A stretch of 64,000 bases of DNA from Geosiphon pyriformis uo1 (lineage: Eukaryota; Fungi; Glomeromycota). The position numbers were made by a program, and so were the translations under genes. Positions 1 through 13,001 of the stretch are shown piece by piece (positions within the stretch are counted from its first letter, which is position 1; each line of letters begins with the position of its first letter). Location of the stretch: assembly GCA_016748015.1 (NCBI GenBank), contig JAAOMT010000518.1, positions 310,001 to 374,000 of the forward strand, given 5' to 3'. The notes under the pieces are model-generated. The model ran no database searches. It saw nothing but the letters and a program-made list of their open reading frames with translations, and was not told where the DNA came from.

Positions 1-469
1 CACCATCTGAAAGCCTAGATCCATAATTGAGAATTTACCAATCACAATTACTATGTGCTGAATTTTCATCTCCATTATAATAAAATGTTAAGGAATCTAA
101 AGATCTCTAAGAATAAAGGATTCATTAGGAAATGTAAGCATTTAATTTAATAAAACAAAGATCAATTACACTTTTACTCACACCATGAGAGCTAGGGTTA
201 AATAGTTTAGTAGCCTTTAAAGTAGCCCGAGGTGATAGTGCGCATAGAAAGTGGGGGAAATTTAATAAAAGTCACAAGTATTTTAACGCTCTAAAATATT
301 TTTTTGTATTTTTTCCCTGCCCCCCCCCCCCCCCCCCACCCCACCCACCCAGAAAGAGCACAAAGTTTGTACAGACTTGATCAGCAACTTCAATCACCAC
401 ATCGTTTTCATCATCTAGAGTTAGGTCAACTATGACGGGCGGGGGTTTATTCGAGGAATTGAAAGACAT
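1..469 (-). CDS. Probable 5' end of an unknown intron-containing gene running off the left edge; N-terminus has SIM-like hydrophobic-acidic motifs
   Basis: ORF from ATG 469 reads MSFNSSNKPPPVIVDLTLDDENDVVIEVADQ (VIVDLT followed by acidic residues). It then enters a poly-G, intron-like tract. Downstream exons were not resolved. Confidence 0.35.
319..338. repeat. Poly-C/poly-G homopolymer tract
   Basis: Run of ~19 C followed by ccca repeats. Confidence 0.85.
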
Positions 470-868
470 AGTTTCCTAAACTTGGATTCGTTGAAAGAAC
501 CCTTTTAAAAGGTTCTCTCCAACCTCTGATAGTTTGGGAAATCAATAAAAAGGGCGAAACAATTGTGCAACCAAATTTTAAGGTTAATGCTCAACAAATA
601 TTTGGGTCTAGAAAAATGATTTCAACTTTATTCATGAGTGCTAAATAATTGATTTAAATGGTGGCAAAATGTCATGAATTAAAAATCTCGCGTATAAACT
701 TGCCAAACTTTTTGATGCGCAGTAATGTTGGTTCTCCAAAAAAAAACAAATAAAGAAATCGAAAGATTAAATAATCTCTTTAAAAATCCCTTTTACAACC
801 CATATTCCCATTCTTTGGTCCTCAAAAACCATTGTTATTTGCTATTAAATTACTAATTTTCTATTTGA

Positions 869-3451
869 TTATAATTCATCCTTAAACATGTCTTCGTAAA
901 CTTTTCCATAATCTATTGAGCTGTCATCTGCATCATCATCATCCCCATCATCGTCTTGTTGTTGGAATAGATCTTCTTCTTCCTGTTTTGCTAATCTTTC
1001 TGCTTCTGCTTTCTTTTCCTCTTCTTCGACCTCGGGTGCTGGTTGCTCATTTATTTCGACTTTCGCCTCAGTATTAACGCCCAAACTAGCTCGAAGAACT
1101 TTGTCAACTCGATTTGCATAGCTAATAAAAAATTGATTGATTGATAAATATAGTCTGTCTTCATTTCGAGATGGAAAAATAATAGGAAAATGTGTGTGTA
1201 CCCTAGATTATCACCCAACGTGTATCCGGAACGTAGTAGAGTAGTTTCGTACAAAACCATAACTATTTCTTTAGTGGTGTCATCAAAATCTTCTCTATTG
1301 GCCTTTTCCAAGAGACCCAGTATCAGCGGGTGATTGGGATTAATTTCCAATATTTTCTTTTGTCTTGAAAAGAAACCTGACATGGCTTCATCGTCTTGCT
1401 TGAATGTTTGGGCTTTGTAGTAGTACGGGTAAAAAGTTTCATTTGGATAATTATTGGGAATTGAAGGAAAATAGAAAAGTTCAAAAAAGTTTGTTTGATA
1501 TAACTTACCAGCCATAATCTTTTGCATATTGCCCGTCCATCCCCATTCCTGCGCCACAACAGCACATGGAGAAGTTGTAAGGCGATTGGATACCTCAACT
1601 TTTGAAGAAAAGCCAAACGCTTATTTAATGGTTGTGTCTTTTGGGAGAATTAAAATAATTTTCAATTTAGCTCACCTTTCTCAACTTGATCAATAAGCGA
1701 AGCTTGCATCCAATCCTGTAATCTCTCGAATTTCACCTTTAATTTTTCAAGTTCCTCTTTATCATCCTGCGTCTCATCACCGAATTTCAGGTCACCCTTG
1801 GCAACATTTTGGAACACCTTTCCATCATAACCGGGCATATGCTGAACCAACATTTCATCAATTGGTTCGGCCATGTATAAAACTTCGTAGTTACGAGCGA
1901 CCAAACGTTCCAAGAAAGGTGATTGTTTAACTTCCTCGATTGAAGCACCGGTATGAAAGAAGATACCTTCTTGCCCTTTTTTCATTCGACTGATATAATC
2001 ATCGAGGGAAGTAAGATTTCCATTTTTAAAAGAACTGGGAAATCGTAAAAGTTTGGCGACTTTTCGTCGATTTCTTTCATCTTCAATAGCACCCAGTTTC
2101 AGACTAGTGCCATATTCTTTGATGAATTTAGGGTATTTTTCTTCGTCTTTAGACAGAATGGAAATAAGTTCGAGAATCTTTTTGATCAAACGCTTCTTGA
2201 TCAAAACTAATGTCTTGTGTTGTTGAAGGGTTTCACGTGAAACATTTAATGGAAGATCATCGGCGTCAACTACTGCACGAACGAATTGTAAATATTTGGG
2301 GATGAAATCGATAAACTCATCGGTGATAAAGACGCGTTTTACAAAAAGCTTGATGATACGGACGAAATCTTCAGCTTTCTTGAATAAATCTTGAGGAGCT
2401 TTGCTTGGTATATAAATAATGGAACGGAAATCTACTTCCCCTTCAGCCTAAAATAAAGATATGCATGAAATGTCAAAAATTCATGAATCTTTTATATATA
2501 TATATATATATATATACCAAAACTTTATCACTATATTATACCTTGAAATGAATCCAGGACAAGGGAGGTTTACCAGCAGAATCCTTGAAGAACGAGTTGA
2601 AAAATTCTTCATATTCTTTTTCAGTGACATTCTTTGGATCCCGAATCCAAATCGGTTTCTGATCGTTCATGATTGACCATTGTTGAGTAACAACAGTCTT
2701 AGTTTTTTTCTTTTTCTTGTCCTTTGCCTTTGCCTTTGCTTTTTTCTCTTCTTCTTCGTCTGGTACATCCTCAATTTCAATTTCATCATCTAGGTCATCT
2801 TTTTCCTCATCCTTCTTCTTTTCAACAGGTTTCTTCTCTTCGGGATCTTCAATTTCAACTTTTTTTTCTTTTGTTGTCCAAAGATATATGGGGAAATTGA
2901 TGAACTCAGAATATTTTTTGATCAAATCATTTAATCTATTTTGTTCCAAGAACGCGAGTGAGTCTTCTTTAATATCCAATACAATTTGGGTACCACGTCC
3001 CAAAGTATTTCCTCGAGGATCCTCGGCAATAGTGAAATCGTTCACGGCATGAGATTCCCAGATATATTGTGTCGACTCGTTGTTATGTTTTGTTGCCACT
3101 GTCACTTTATCTGCAACCAAGAAGACAGAATAAAAGCCAACACCAAATTGTCCAATCAAATTCATGTCTGCTTTTTTCTCATCTATAGCATTTAAGAATT
3201 CAGAAGTCCCTGATTTTGCGATGGTACCCAGATTTTCTTTAAGTTGTTTCTTCGTCATGCCGACACCGGTATCGGTGATAATGAGACGACGATTCGGTTT
3301 ATCGGCCAGAATTGTAATGTTGAGATCCGGAGTAGTGCCCAATGCTTGTGGGTCGGTAAGTGCCAAAAACCGAATCTTGTCAATCGCGTCAGAAGCTTTA
3401 AAAAAATTACGGCATCAATTGAGGTTCCATGAAAGTTTAGATGTGATGATG

Positions 3452-3533
<82 letters not shown>

Positions 3534-4123
3534 GTGGGTAAATAGAAGCACACAAATCACTCACTCACCATTAGAGATAAGCTCACGAAGAAATATCTCG
3601 CGTGTTTTATACAACGAATTGATAATCAATGTCATTAATCGGCTGACTTCAGTCTATCGAAAATGATTTAATTTTAACTTTAAATATTTGATTAAAAAAC
3701 CGAATTATTATAGTTAGGCAAACAGAACCAAACCTGAAATTCGAATTTCTCTTCAGTAGCCTTCAATTTCTCGGCTTCTTCCTCTGTGAAAGCTTGATAG
3801 TTGGTAGTCCCATTTCGTGTAAACACTTTTTCTTCCTCGTCCACTTTTAAGACTTTTTCGGCTGTATTTGGCTTTTCTTCCTTTTCAACCTCCTCTTTTT
3901 TTTCGTCTTTTATTACCACAGTTTCCTCAGTTTCCGTTGAGGTTGTTTCAGCGGTTGAAGAAGACCCTGTTTCCACTGTCTTTGCTGAGATGATCTTGTC
4001 GTCAAAGTCTTCGGCCTCAACGGCTTTTTCTTCTGCTTTCACCAGACATAGCGAGAAAAGAAAGCATATAGTCAAGGCGACAGTGGTCAGAAGAACCAAC
4101 CGAAACCAGGAATTACTTTTCAT
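869..4123 (-). CDS. HSP90B1: Endoplasmin / GRP94 (ER Hsp90), 7 exons, ~884 aa
   Basis: Exons 4123-3734, 3653-3569, 3395-2542, 2447-1676, 1598-1509, 1412-1202 and 1121-869 have GT-AG introns with consistent phase (2655 nt total). The protein has an N-terminal signal peptide, Hsp90 motifs ([56 protein letters not shown]) and C-terminal KDEL. Confidence 0.95.
2493..2516. repeat. (AT)n microsatellite in GRP94 intron 3
   Basis: Direct reading. Confidence 0.9.
3452..3533. repeat. (AAT)~27 microsatellite in GRP94 intron 2
   Basis: Perfect trinucleotide run; it explains the poly-I and poly-L spurious ORFs. Confidence 0.95.
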
Positions 4124-5689
4124 ATTGTACGTCGTTAAAAAAGTTTAAGTTTTTGATGAAAGCTGAAGGGTTTTTATTGTGAAATTATTGTCCTTGGGGA
4201 AAAGTTTAGAAACCACCAAAGCCGGGATACTTCAAGTATCAACAAACTTTTCTTATCCTAACTACACCTCTGTTAGGAACAAGGCATTTATATTTATATA
4301 TTTTAATTATCATTGAATTTTTTTTTAAAGTTTTCGAAACACCACATGTGAGGAAAATATTTTTGGGATGTGTCAAATGCAAATTCAATCCAAGTTGCCT
4401 TTGTTAGAAATATTTGACCAATGATAACGTAGTGAAACCTTTTAGTGCTGGAACGAGCCAATTGGTCGGATAAAAGAGATTCAATCCAACCAAAAATTGA
4501 CACATTTTTTTTTACGGAATTTTCAATGATTTGTGTTCCCCGAAACCTTTTGATGAGATTGTCAAGATCGTTGAGGTGATTTATATTCTAATTAGCGATC
4601 CGGGGAAATCATGATAAATTAGGTTTCGCTTTATAGAAATTTGATTCGAATTGTCGGAAAAAGGTTGGTCTCGGAAAATTTTGGATTTTGCATAGTTTTT
4701 TTGTTTGGTTGGGTTATCCTACATAGGATGCGAGGGGATATACAAATAATAAAGGTTACTTTACCTTTTTCAAGAAATTGAAAGGAATCATCTTAAAAAG
4801 GAATATTTTAGATAATAAGTAAGAAAAGTTTTTACTTTGAATTATTTCAAAAATGTGGCTAATTATTAAAATCAATCTTTTTTTTTAAAAAAAATTCTAA
4901 TTATTTGTAAAAGTTGTAAAGAATTATAAATTTAAAATTCCTAATTCTTTGTTATAAAAAATTCAAAATCAAGAAAATATTTTAACATTAATCAAAAATT
5001 TTAAAGCTCATATAAACTTTAAACAAAAATCCAATAATAATAATAATAATATTCTTAAAACTGTTTAATTTTTAAAAATATTAATGTAAAATTAAAGAAA
5101 ATTGGTTAAATACATATTTAATCAAAATAATATTTAATTTAAATGCAATAAATATATTATTAAAACTACTATCTTAGAAGATAATCTTCAATTTTTTTTA
5201 AATGGTAGAAGAACTAAAAAAACTGAGGCTAAGACTTAGAGTGTTAATATTGGTAGCAGAGAATAAGATAAACATAATGATAAATTTTGCATATTTTTAA
5301 AGCCATTTATTGTTAATTCCAATATTTATAATAGATACTATGAATTTTATTTAATTTTTTTGTTAAATTGTTGTTTTTAAGGATATTATAAAATAATTAA
5401 TAGATAAGTTTTTTATTTATCTAAAAACTTATTTTGTTATTAAATATTGTAAAAGCTAATTCTGGTTTTTATTTTTAAAGTTATTAAAATCTTTGAAATC
5501 TTTATTATTGTTGTTGTTTAACTATTTTTAAAAACATTATTTAATATTAATATTTTATTATTATATTAGATAATAAGTTAACATAATTTATAATTTAACA
5601 AAATTTTTGTTTTTTTAATTATTTATTGCTAATAATTTTTGTATAATTTTTTGTTTTTAATATTTTATATTTGTATTAATACAAATTTT

Positions 5690-8600
5690 AAAAATTCTTT
5701 TTCTTGTTAATTCTTTAGTAATAATAAAAGCATTAAGTTGCCAAAAAAATAATTTCTTTTATTTTCTTTTTTTCTTTTTCTTTTAATTATTTTTTTTAAT
5801 ACATTATTTTTTGTTGTAATAAAACCAGTAAGCTCTTTTGCTAATGGTTTTGGTTTTAATTTAACTGGTTTGAAAATCTGTTTAGACATTAAAAAAAATA
5901 CATGAAAAATATTTATTTTTATAATATATCTTATAAGAAGCCAAAAAAATTTAAAGCCAATAATAATATAGTTAATTTATCTACTGGTTTTTTAAGTTTA
6001 AAAAATATTGAAAACTCTAATGCTAAATTTGTAAAATTTTAAAAAAGCAAAATTAGTAACAAAACAAATAATATTAGTAATCTGTTAGATATAAAGAATA
6101 TAAAAAATATATTTGCCAAAAAAACTAGTTATGTAAATTTAGATACTTTAGTAATTAATAAGAATATAAATAATACTATGTCAAAAAAGATTTATACTTA
6201 AATATATATGTTAAATTATTTGCTAAATATTCTTTATTTAATAACTTAAGTGATAATAATAATGTTTTGATGCTCTTATTTCTTAAATTTGTTAATTTTA
6301 AGCAATTTTTATTGATTAAGTTACATGTTTTTATAAAACAAAATTTTAATTTAATAAAATTTTTTACATTAAATATTGAGCTTTTTACTGTACTTAAAAA
6401 AACTTTTAATAATAAATTACTAACAATAAAAAAAATTTTTTATTATATTGATAAATTTGGAAAAGCTTTTACTTTCTTAAAATTTTCAAAAATAATTAAA
6501 TTATTTTTTATATCTGAATTAAATTTAAATAAGATTAAGAGATTGGCTATTAGTAAAAAAATTTTAGTTAATAATGATATCAAAAAAGTAAATAATCATA
6601 TAAATTAAAAAGTAATTATTAAAAAAATTCCTGTTAATCTTTTTAAATTGACTGTAAAATTTGTTTTTTTTAAGTTTGATAAGATTGTTTTTGTTAAAAT
6701 ACAATTTATTGGTTTTTAACAAAAGGTTTTAATGAAATTTGAATTAACTAAAATTATTGATTTAATTATAATTAAATAGTTATTGCTTATAAAAAAAAAT
6801 TCTGTTTGTATAACTAAAATTATAAATAATAAACAAATATAAATATTTAAAAATTATTATTAAACTTTGTTGTATACATTGTCAATTGATATAAATATAC
6901 ACAATTTCTTTAATTTGCTGGTTTTTTATGATAAAAAACCTGTTTTATTGGTTATAACTTAAATAAATATGAGTATAACAGATGTATTATTATTTGTTTT
7001 AATGATAAAACTTTAAAAAAAACTGTTTTTGATTCTGTTTTGGTTTTTAAGAGTGTAAATTTGTATTAAACTGGTTTTTTTTGGTCTGTTATATTTAATA
7101 TAAACAATTAAATCAGATTTCAGATATATATTTACTTGATAAAAATTTAAACAGTCATAATAAAAAATTAATTATTTTTTAGAATTGGATACAATTAATT
7201 AATATATATAAGAAAAAACAAATATTGATTGCTTATTTAATTTTATTTGATAGAAAAATGTAAATGTAAATTGCTAATAATTTTTTTTCTTAAGTTGTGT
7301 TTTTGGTTTTTTCTGGTGTTAAATTATTTTCAATTATTAAATTTTTCTTATAACTTTAATAAAAATAAATAACAGATTTGCAATTTTAAAATACAGTTTT
7401 ATTGGTTTTATGAAACAGATTAACAAATTGGCAGAAAAATTGAATATATTTAAACTAATAGTTTTTTAGCCATGTTTTAAATATTAACTATTAATAACTT
7501 TTTCATTGCAAGATTAAAGAACAAATATAACAATAAGTAAAAATCAAATACAATTACTAGCAATAAAACTATAACAAAAAAATTAAAAATTCTTTATTAT
7601 TAATGAATATTGTTAAATTAGAAATAAATATAAACAATTTATTAAAAATAATTATGAATCTGTTAATCAAAGTGAATAATATTGATTTGAATTTAAGTAA
7701 TCTATCTTCTTAATAACTAATTTTATCTAAAGAATTATCATATATAATATTAGAAATATTAATATTTCTGCTAAACAAAAAAATATTGTTTATTAATATG
7801 TAAATTTAAATAATATAATATTTATTATTACAAAAACAAAATTTAGGTTTAATATTAAACTATAGATTATAAATAGATTTGATAAAATTTATGTTTTTAT
7901 ATCTAGTTTAAATAAAAGTTTTTATAATATTAGTATTATTGTTATTATAAATAGTTTATTGGCTTATTATGTTTTAAAAGTAAAAAAGATTTTAGACTGT
8001 GATATTTTAATTTGTTTTTTGTTTAAAAATAAGCTTTTGGTTGTGATTTTGGGTTTGTATGCTGATGTTTCTATTAAGATTAAACTTAATCAGAATTTAA
8101 AAATCAATTTTTTTATTGTTAAGACAGTTAATTTCAGCTTTTTTATGATCTTAAATAGAGATTTAATAAGACTAAAACTAAAAAAAGTGTGAATTACAAG
8201 TTTTATTTGAATTTAAGATTGATAAATACATTTAATAAATACTTTTTAATTAAAGCTTTTACTTAAAACAATTTTAGAAGTGTCAAAAAGATCTTGAATT
8301 ATATTTTTGTAAATATAAACTTAACATCTATAATTATAAGTTATAAAATTAATGTTATATCTGAATTTTTTAACATTAATCACAAAATAATTTTGGTTTT
8401 AATTGGCTTGAATAGTATTTATAAATAAGTCAATAAAGATTGTTGAAAGTTTAAAATTAGAAATGCTAATAAAATTAAATAGTTATGTTTTAGAAAATAT
8501 TTATCAGTTAAACTTTTGATAATAATAACTGATTTTAGTAATACAAAAAGTTATGATAATTTAAATGTAATATAAAAAATACTGAAAAAATTAATAATAA

Positions 8601-11519
8601 ATTTGGCTAATAAAGTGTTTTTTAAATATTGGTTTAATAAATTTAGTTGTTTAAAAAATAAACAGTTATCTAGATTTTCTAAATTGAAATTATTAATAAT
8701 TAGAATTGTAAAAGATTTATGCTTAAGTAATATTTTAAAAGCTAATTATCTTATCAAAATATAGTTTATTATTATTAATAATAATAAAGTATTTAGAATT
8801 TATGCCATAATTAATGATGATAAAAAGTTAATTAGTGTTGTTGATTATCTGTTAAAAGTTAAAAAAAGATATAAAAAGTTCAAGTATCATAAATTAAAGA
8901 TTGTTAAAAATGTTTTTATTAGAAGAGCTATTGATAAATAAATAGAAAATTTTTGTTTTAATAAAAAATATATAATTAAAAGTATCTTGAAATAGCCATT
9001 TTATAAATAGTACTTAACTATTTAATAGTAAATAAAAAACTAATTTTGGAATTAGACAAAGTCAAGTCTAAAGTTAACATAATTATAGAAAACTAAACAA
9101 AAAAACACTTGGTATTTAGTGTATTGCCTAATTAATAAAGTTGCTAGTATATTTTTTCAGACCATATTAATAATAAATAAAGTTATGTTTAATGAACTGT
9201 TACATGTTACTAAGAAGTTATCTAACAAAAAGACTGTTGGCTTATTTGGCATTTTTAATGAGTTTTAGAAGCATAATAATACTCAAATTCTAAATTGCTT
9301 GTTAAATATTATTAATTTAAACTTGGTATTAAATACAATTTCCAAACAATAAAAAAATGTCTAAGTTTTTATAATTTTAAAACCATATAATTGAAAAAAA
9401 TTCTAACTAATATTAAACTAATTGTTTTAATTAAAATAGTACAGAAAATTCTGGTTAAACTTTTTTTTAACAAGATCTTTTTTGTTTGTAATAGGTTTAA
9501 TATTTTGTATAGTAATAATTTTTTAGTTTTAAGAGGCACTTAACATAAACTTTTATCTTTGCTATTGGCTTAATAATTAAAAATACTTTAAAAAAAAACA
9601 GAAGGTTGTGATTGGTTTTTTAAAATATGTAAAAAGCTTATAATTTTATTAAATGATATTATTTACATAGCTGTTTAATTAAAATTAAAATATATTTATA
9701 CTTTATCAAGTTTTTTGAAAATTTGCATAATAATAAGATTAATTAAATGATAACAGATTTTGAACTTTTAGATAAATATGCTGTTTATAATAACTTAGAC
9801 CAAAGAAAAATTTTTTTTTTGCTGTGGAAAATCTTCTATAATCTTTTGCTTTATAAAATCAAAAAACATAAACATTTATGTAATTACAGATTGAACTTAA
9901 AGTTTTTTATAAGAACTAATAAACAGAATTTCAAAAATAGTAAAATGTCTTTTCTGATGCCCAATATTTTTGTGGATAACACAATTTGAATTAAAAATAA
10001 TATAACTGCAACTCAGCATATTTTAAATATTAGAACATTTTTTATAGGTAAAAGAAATTAGACTCCAAAAATCTGATTTTCGTCTGGTTTAGCTTTACTG
10101 GTCAAGTTTATTAAAAAAAATAGTTTGGTAAATAGAAAAATTTTGGCTTTTCATCTTAATTCTGCTGATCACTCTTGTAACTTTGATTATGTTTGCAATT
10201 ATTTGCTGGTTTCTAAGCCCAATTTTGTAAAAGTTTACACAAATAGTTCTATTAAGAGTTTTGAATCAATGGACATTTGTGGTGGTACTGTTGTTTATTT
10301 TTTGAATATTGATGTAAGTATTAAAGCTAAGATAAATAGTTTGCTGTTCTTAATTTTGGTAAAATTGTAGACTATTGCTTTTGTTTTAAGATATATATTT
10401 GCTTTTAGCTTTGTTATTCTGTTTATAGACAGTTAAATTTTACTAGATATATGTAATTTTGACAATAATATGTCTGATTCTAATTTTTGCAATAAGTATT
10501 GAATCAAAAAAGAGCATATTTATTAAGTCATTTTGAGAAAAAATTTGTTGGTTGTATGAAAAAAAGTTAAAAATCATTCTAATATTATTAGGAATAAGCA
10601 TGTAGATTTTTATGCCAATATTATGACTATGTCTGGATTCAAATTGCCTTTTAAAATGCCATGTTATTTTTTTAGTATTGAAAGCAAATTCATTTTTGAG
10701 AATATTAGTCACTTTGTTAAGAATTTGTTCAATACAGTTAATTTCATTGGGTGAGAATTCAGATGTATTAACAGCATTATAGATATAAACATTAATGGTG
10801 GTTTTGATATAATTAGGACTTTTAGTGTTTGGCATTTTGATAGCAAGATTATTCTAGCTATACCAGCTTATTGTTAACAGTACTTTAGTCTTATTTATAA
10901 AGGCACTACACTATTGTTTGCCAATAGCTAAGAGAAAAAGATTGTATAATCTTAAATATCTGAGTATGGTTTGTATCCAATATAAAAAGATAAAAGATTT
11001 TGATCACATATTTTCATGCATGTATAATAATAGTGCCAGAAAAAAATTGCTGTCAAATACTGTTTTAGAATAGATTGAATTGTTAAGCACTTTTGCTAAA
11101 AAAAGTATAGTTGTTTGGTCTTTATATAAGGCTAAATTGTCTGTTAAATTATACATAATACTGGCTAAAAACTTTGTATTAAAGAGTTGGATGGCTGATA
11201 TGATACACTATTTGGGCATTGGATCTAATAGTGGTGTAATATTTGTCAAATTAGTCTGTAAACTTGCTAAAAGTTACAGATCTACTATTTGGTTGCTAAC
11301 AGTTAGGTTAAGATTCTTTTATGAGAAACATAATCTTTTATTACATGATAAATCTACTGTTTCTTTAATATTTAGTTTGTTATCTTTGTGATATTCTAAA
11401 GTAATCTGCAGCTTTGGTTTTAGATTAGGTGTTTATGTTTGCTTTGGTTTGTATTCTTGTTTGTCCAAATTTAATTTTGGTTTTCTGAATGATGTTTTTT
11501 TAATAAGTAATTTAGGGGT
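5690..11519 (+). mobile_element. LINE copy C (heavily AT-decayed), 5' part; interrupted by gypsy element 1 just before the ORF2 stop
   Basis: Collinear with LINE copies A and B through ORF1, APE, RT and RNase H (e.g. VYTNSS..., FVDNTI). Degenerate 5' motif near 5690. About 0.8 kb of internal deletion near 10032. The 3' tail resumes at 22156. Confidence 0.85.
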
Positions 11520-12303
11520 TGTTACAGGTAATTATTTGGGGTCTCAAAGCAAATAACAAATCTGTAACTTGATGCTCAATTAATTTAATAATAGTTGATA
11601 ATATCCAAAGGTTTTGGTAGAGTTTTTTGTATAATAGACAGAGATTTGATAATGATGTTGTCATTGTTGGTAAGTTGTTTTCTCAATTTTTTTTTAGCTT
11701 GGTGGCTAGTTTATTCTGACATTCATGTCTTTCTGGTAAGCTATTTGTTAAGATATTACTCTTATTTCTAAGTTTTTTACCAGGCTATTTGTAACATCAA
11801 TAACTAGTGCTTAATTCTTACTCAATTAGTAACAATAAAAAATAACAAAAGAAAATAAATAAAATAAAGAAAATAAAGAAATAAGCCAAGGCAATGAATG
11901 TTAATATCCCATCAATAGCTGTAATCAAGAGCTATTGTTTTAATGTGATTAAGTATTAGTTACTATCAACATAAAGTATTGATAGTGAAGAATGGATTGA
12001 AACAGTGAATAATTATTTATTGATATTTGTGAATGTAGAAAATTGCTTAAATTAAATCTAAACTAAAAGGTCTGTCTTTTCTGCTTCTAATACTACTATT
12101 ATATATATATAATTGAGATTCCTTAATTTTTCAATTCTTCATACCAGGAATTCTGCAATTCTTTTGAGAGGAATTCTGGAATTCTGAAATCTTGTAATTA
12201 CTCATATAAGAATCCTGAAATTCTTGGAATTCTATATTTACTATATTTACTTCTGATTGGCTAATTTATATGCTAATATACTTTCTATATTCTATAAGTA
12301 ATA
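11520..12303 (-). repeat. 3' LTR of gypsy element 1
   Basis: TGTTAC...GTAATA; homologous to 20472-20682 plus 21550-22155. Confidence 0.9.
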
Positions 12304-12316
12304 TTATTTTCTCCTT

Positions 12317-12976
12317 TTAATATTGAGCTCTATTGAGATCTTCTAATTTTAACTTTCTATCTTTAAGTATTTTTTGAACTTCTTTTTCGAGAATTATTTG
12401 TGTTATCTTGTTTTGTAATTTTTCAAATTGGGTATTGGTTATTTTTTCCATTTGGTTAATGATAATAGTGTCTATTGTTGGATTGAATAAGATTTTTGGT
12501 CGGTCTTAAAATCTGACTTGTAATTGATAGATGGCCTGTGCTTGTGTGGTTAAATTGTTTTTTCTCACAAATTGCTCAAATTGTTATAATATCCTTAGAT
12601 CAAATAATCATTTTGTCTTATCTATATATAAGTTCTGAATATTCAGGTGTTGTTCCAAGTAAAAATAACAAAAGTTTCTTGGAAATTGTTGTATCTACCA
12701 ATTCCATGTTTCTATTATCAACTTTTGATATAGTATACTTTCTGTTTGTATTTTTATTGCTGTTTTTACTTTTATTATTATTTTGTCAATAGTGTTTTCT
12801 GGTTTTCTCTGTTTTTTGTTTTGAGGTTTTTTCTTTGTATTTTTATATCAAATAATTTTTTGGTTAATGGTAATTTCCATATTCCATTGTTGAATCAGTT
12901 AAAAGAGTTGTTGTGCCAATGTGTGTATATTATCAGTAATTTCCATTTTTCTGGTGTTTTTTGTTACATATACTAT
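12317..12976 (-). pseudogene. Extra ORF3 (~219 aa) of gypsy 1, between pol and PPT
   Basis: 660-nt frame without indels. Stops are transition-derived and the start is ATG>ATA. Collinear with 41635-42293. Confidence 0.7.
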
Positions 12977-13001
12977 GTTTTTATATACTCTTTTAGTTTA
13001 T

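Noticed and set aside
3164-3560. Poly-Ile and poly-Leu ORFs
   Set aside because: Translation of the intronic (AAT)n microsatellite, antisense or out of frame to GRP94.
4447-4465. ERSE-like CCAAT-N9-CCAGC upstream of GRP94
   Set aside because: It mismatches the CCACG consensus, and ERSE/ATF6 regulation is not established in fungi; could be chance.
5000-5690. Possible further decayed ORF1-like remnant
   Set aside because: Too AT-degraded to align confidently by eye.
6267-11391. Many K/N/I/F/L-rich short ORFs, and the possibility of an organellar insert or alternative genetic code
   Set aside because: They are collinear with LINE ORFs degraded by C>T/G>A. Stops of all three types arise from Q, R and W codons, and host genes use the standard code.
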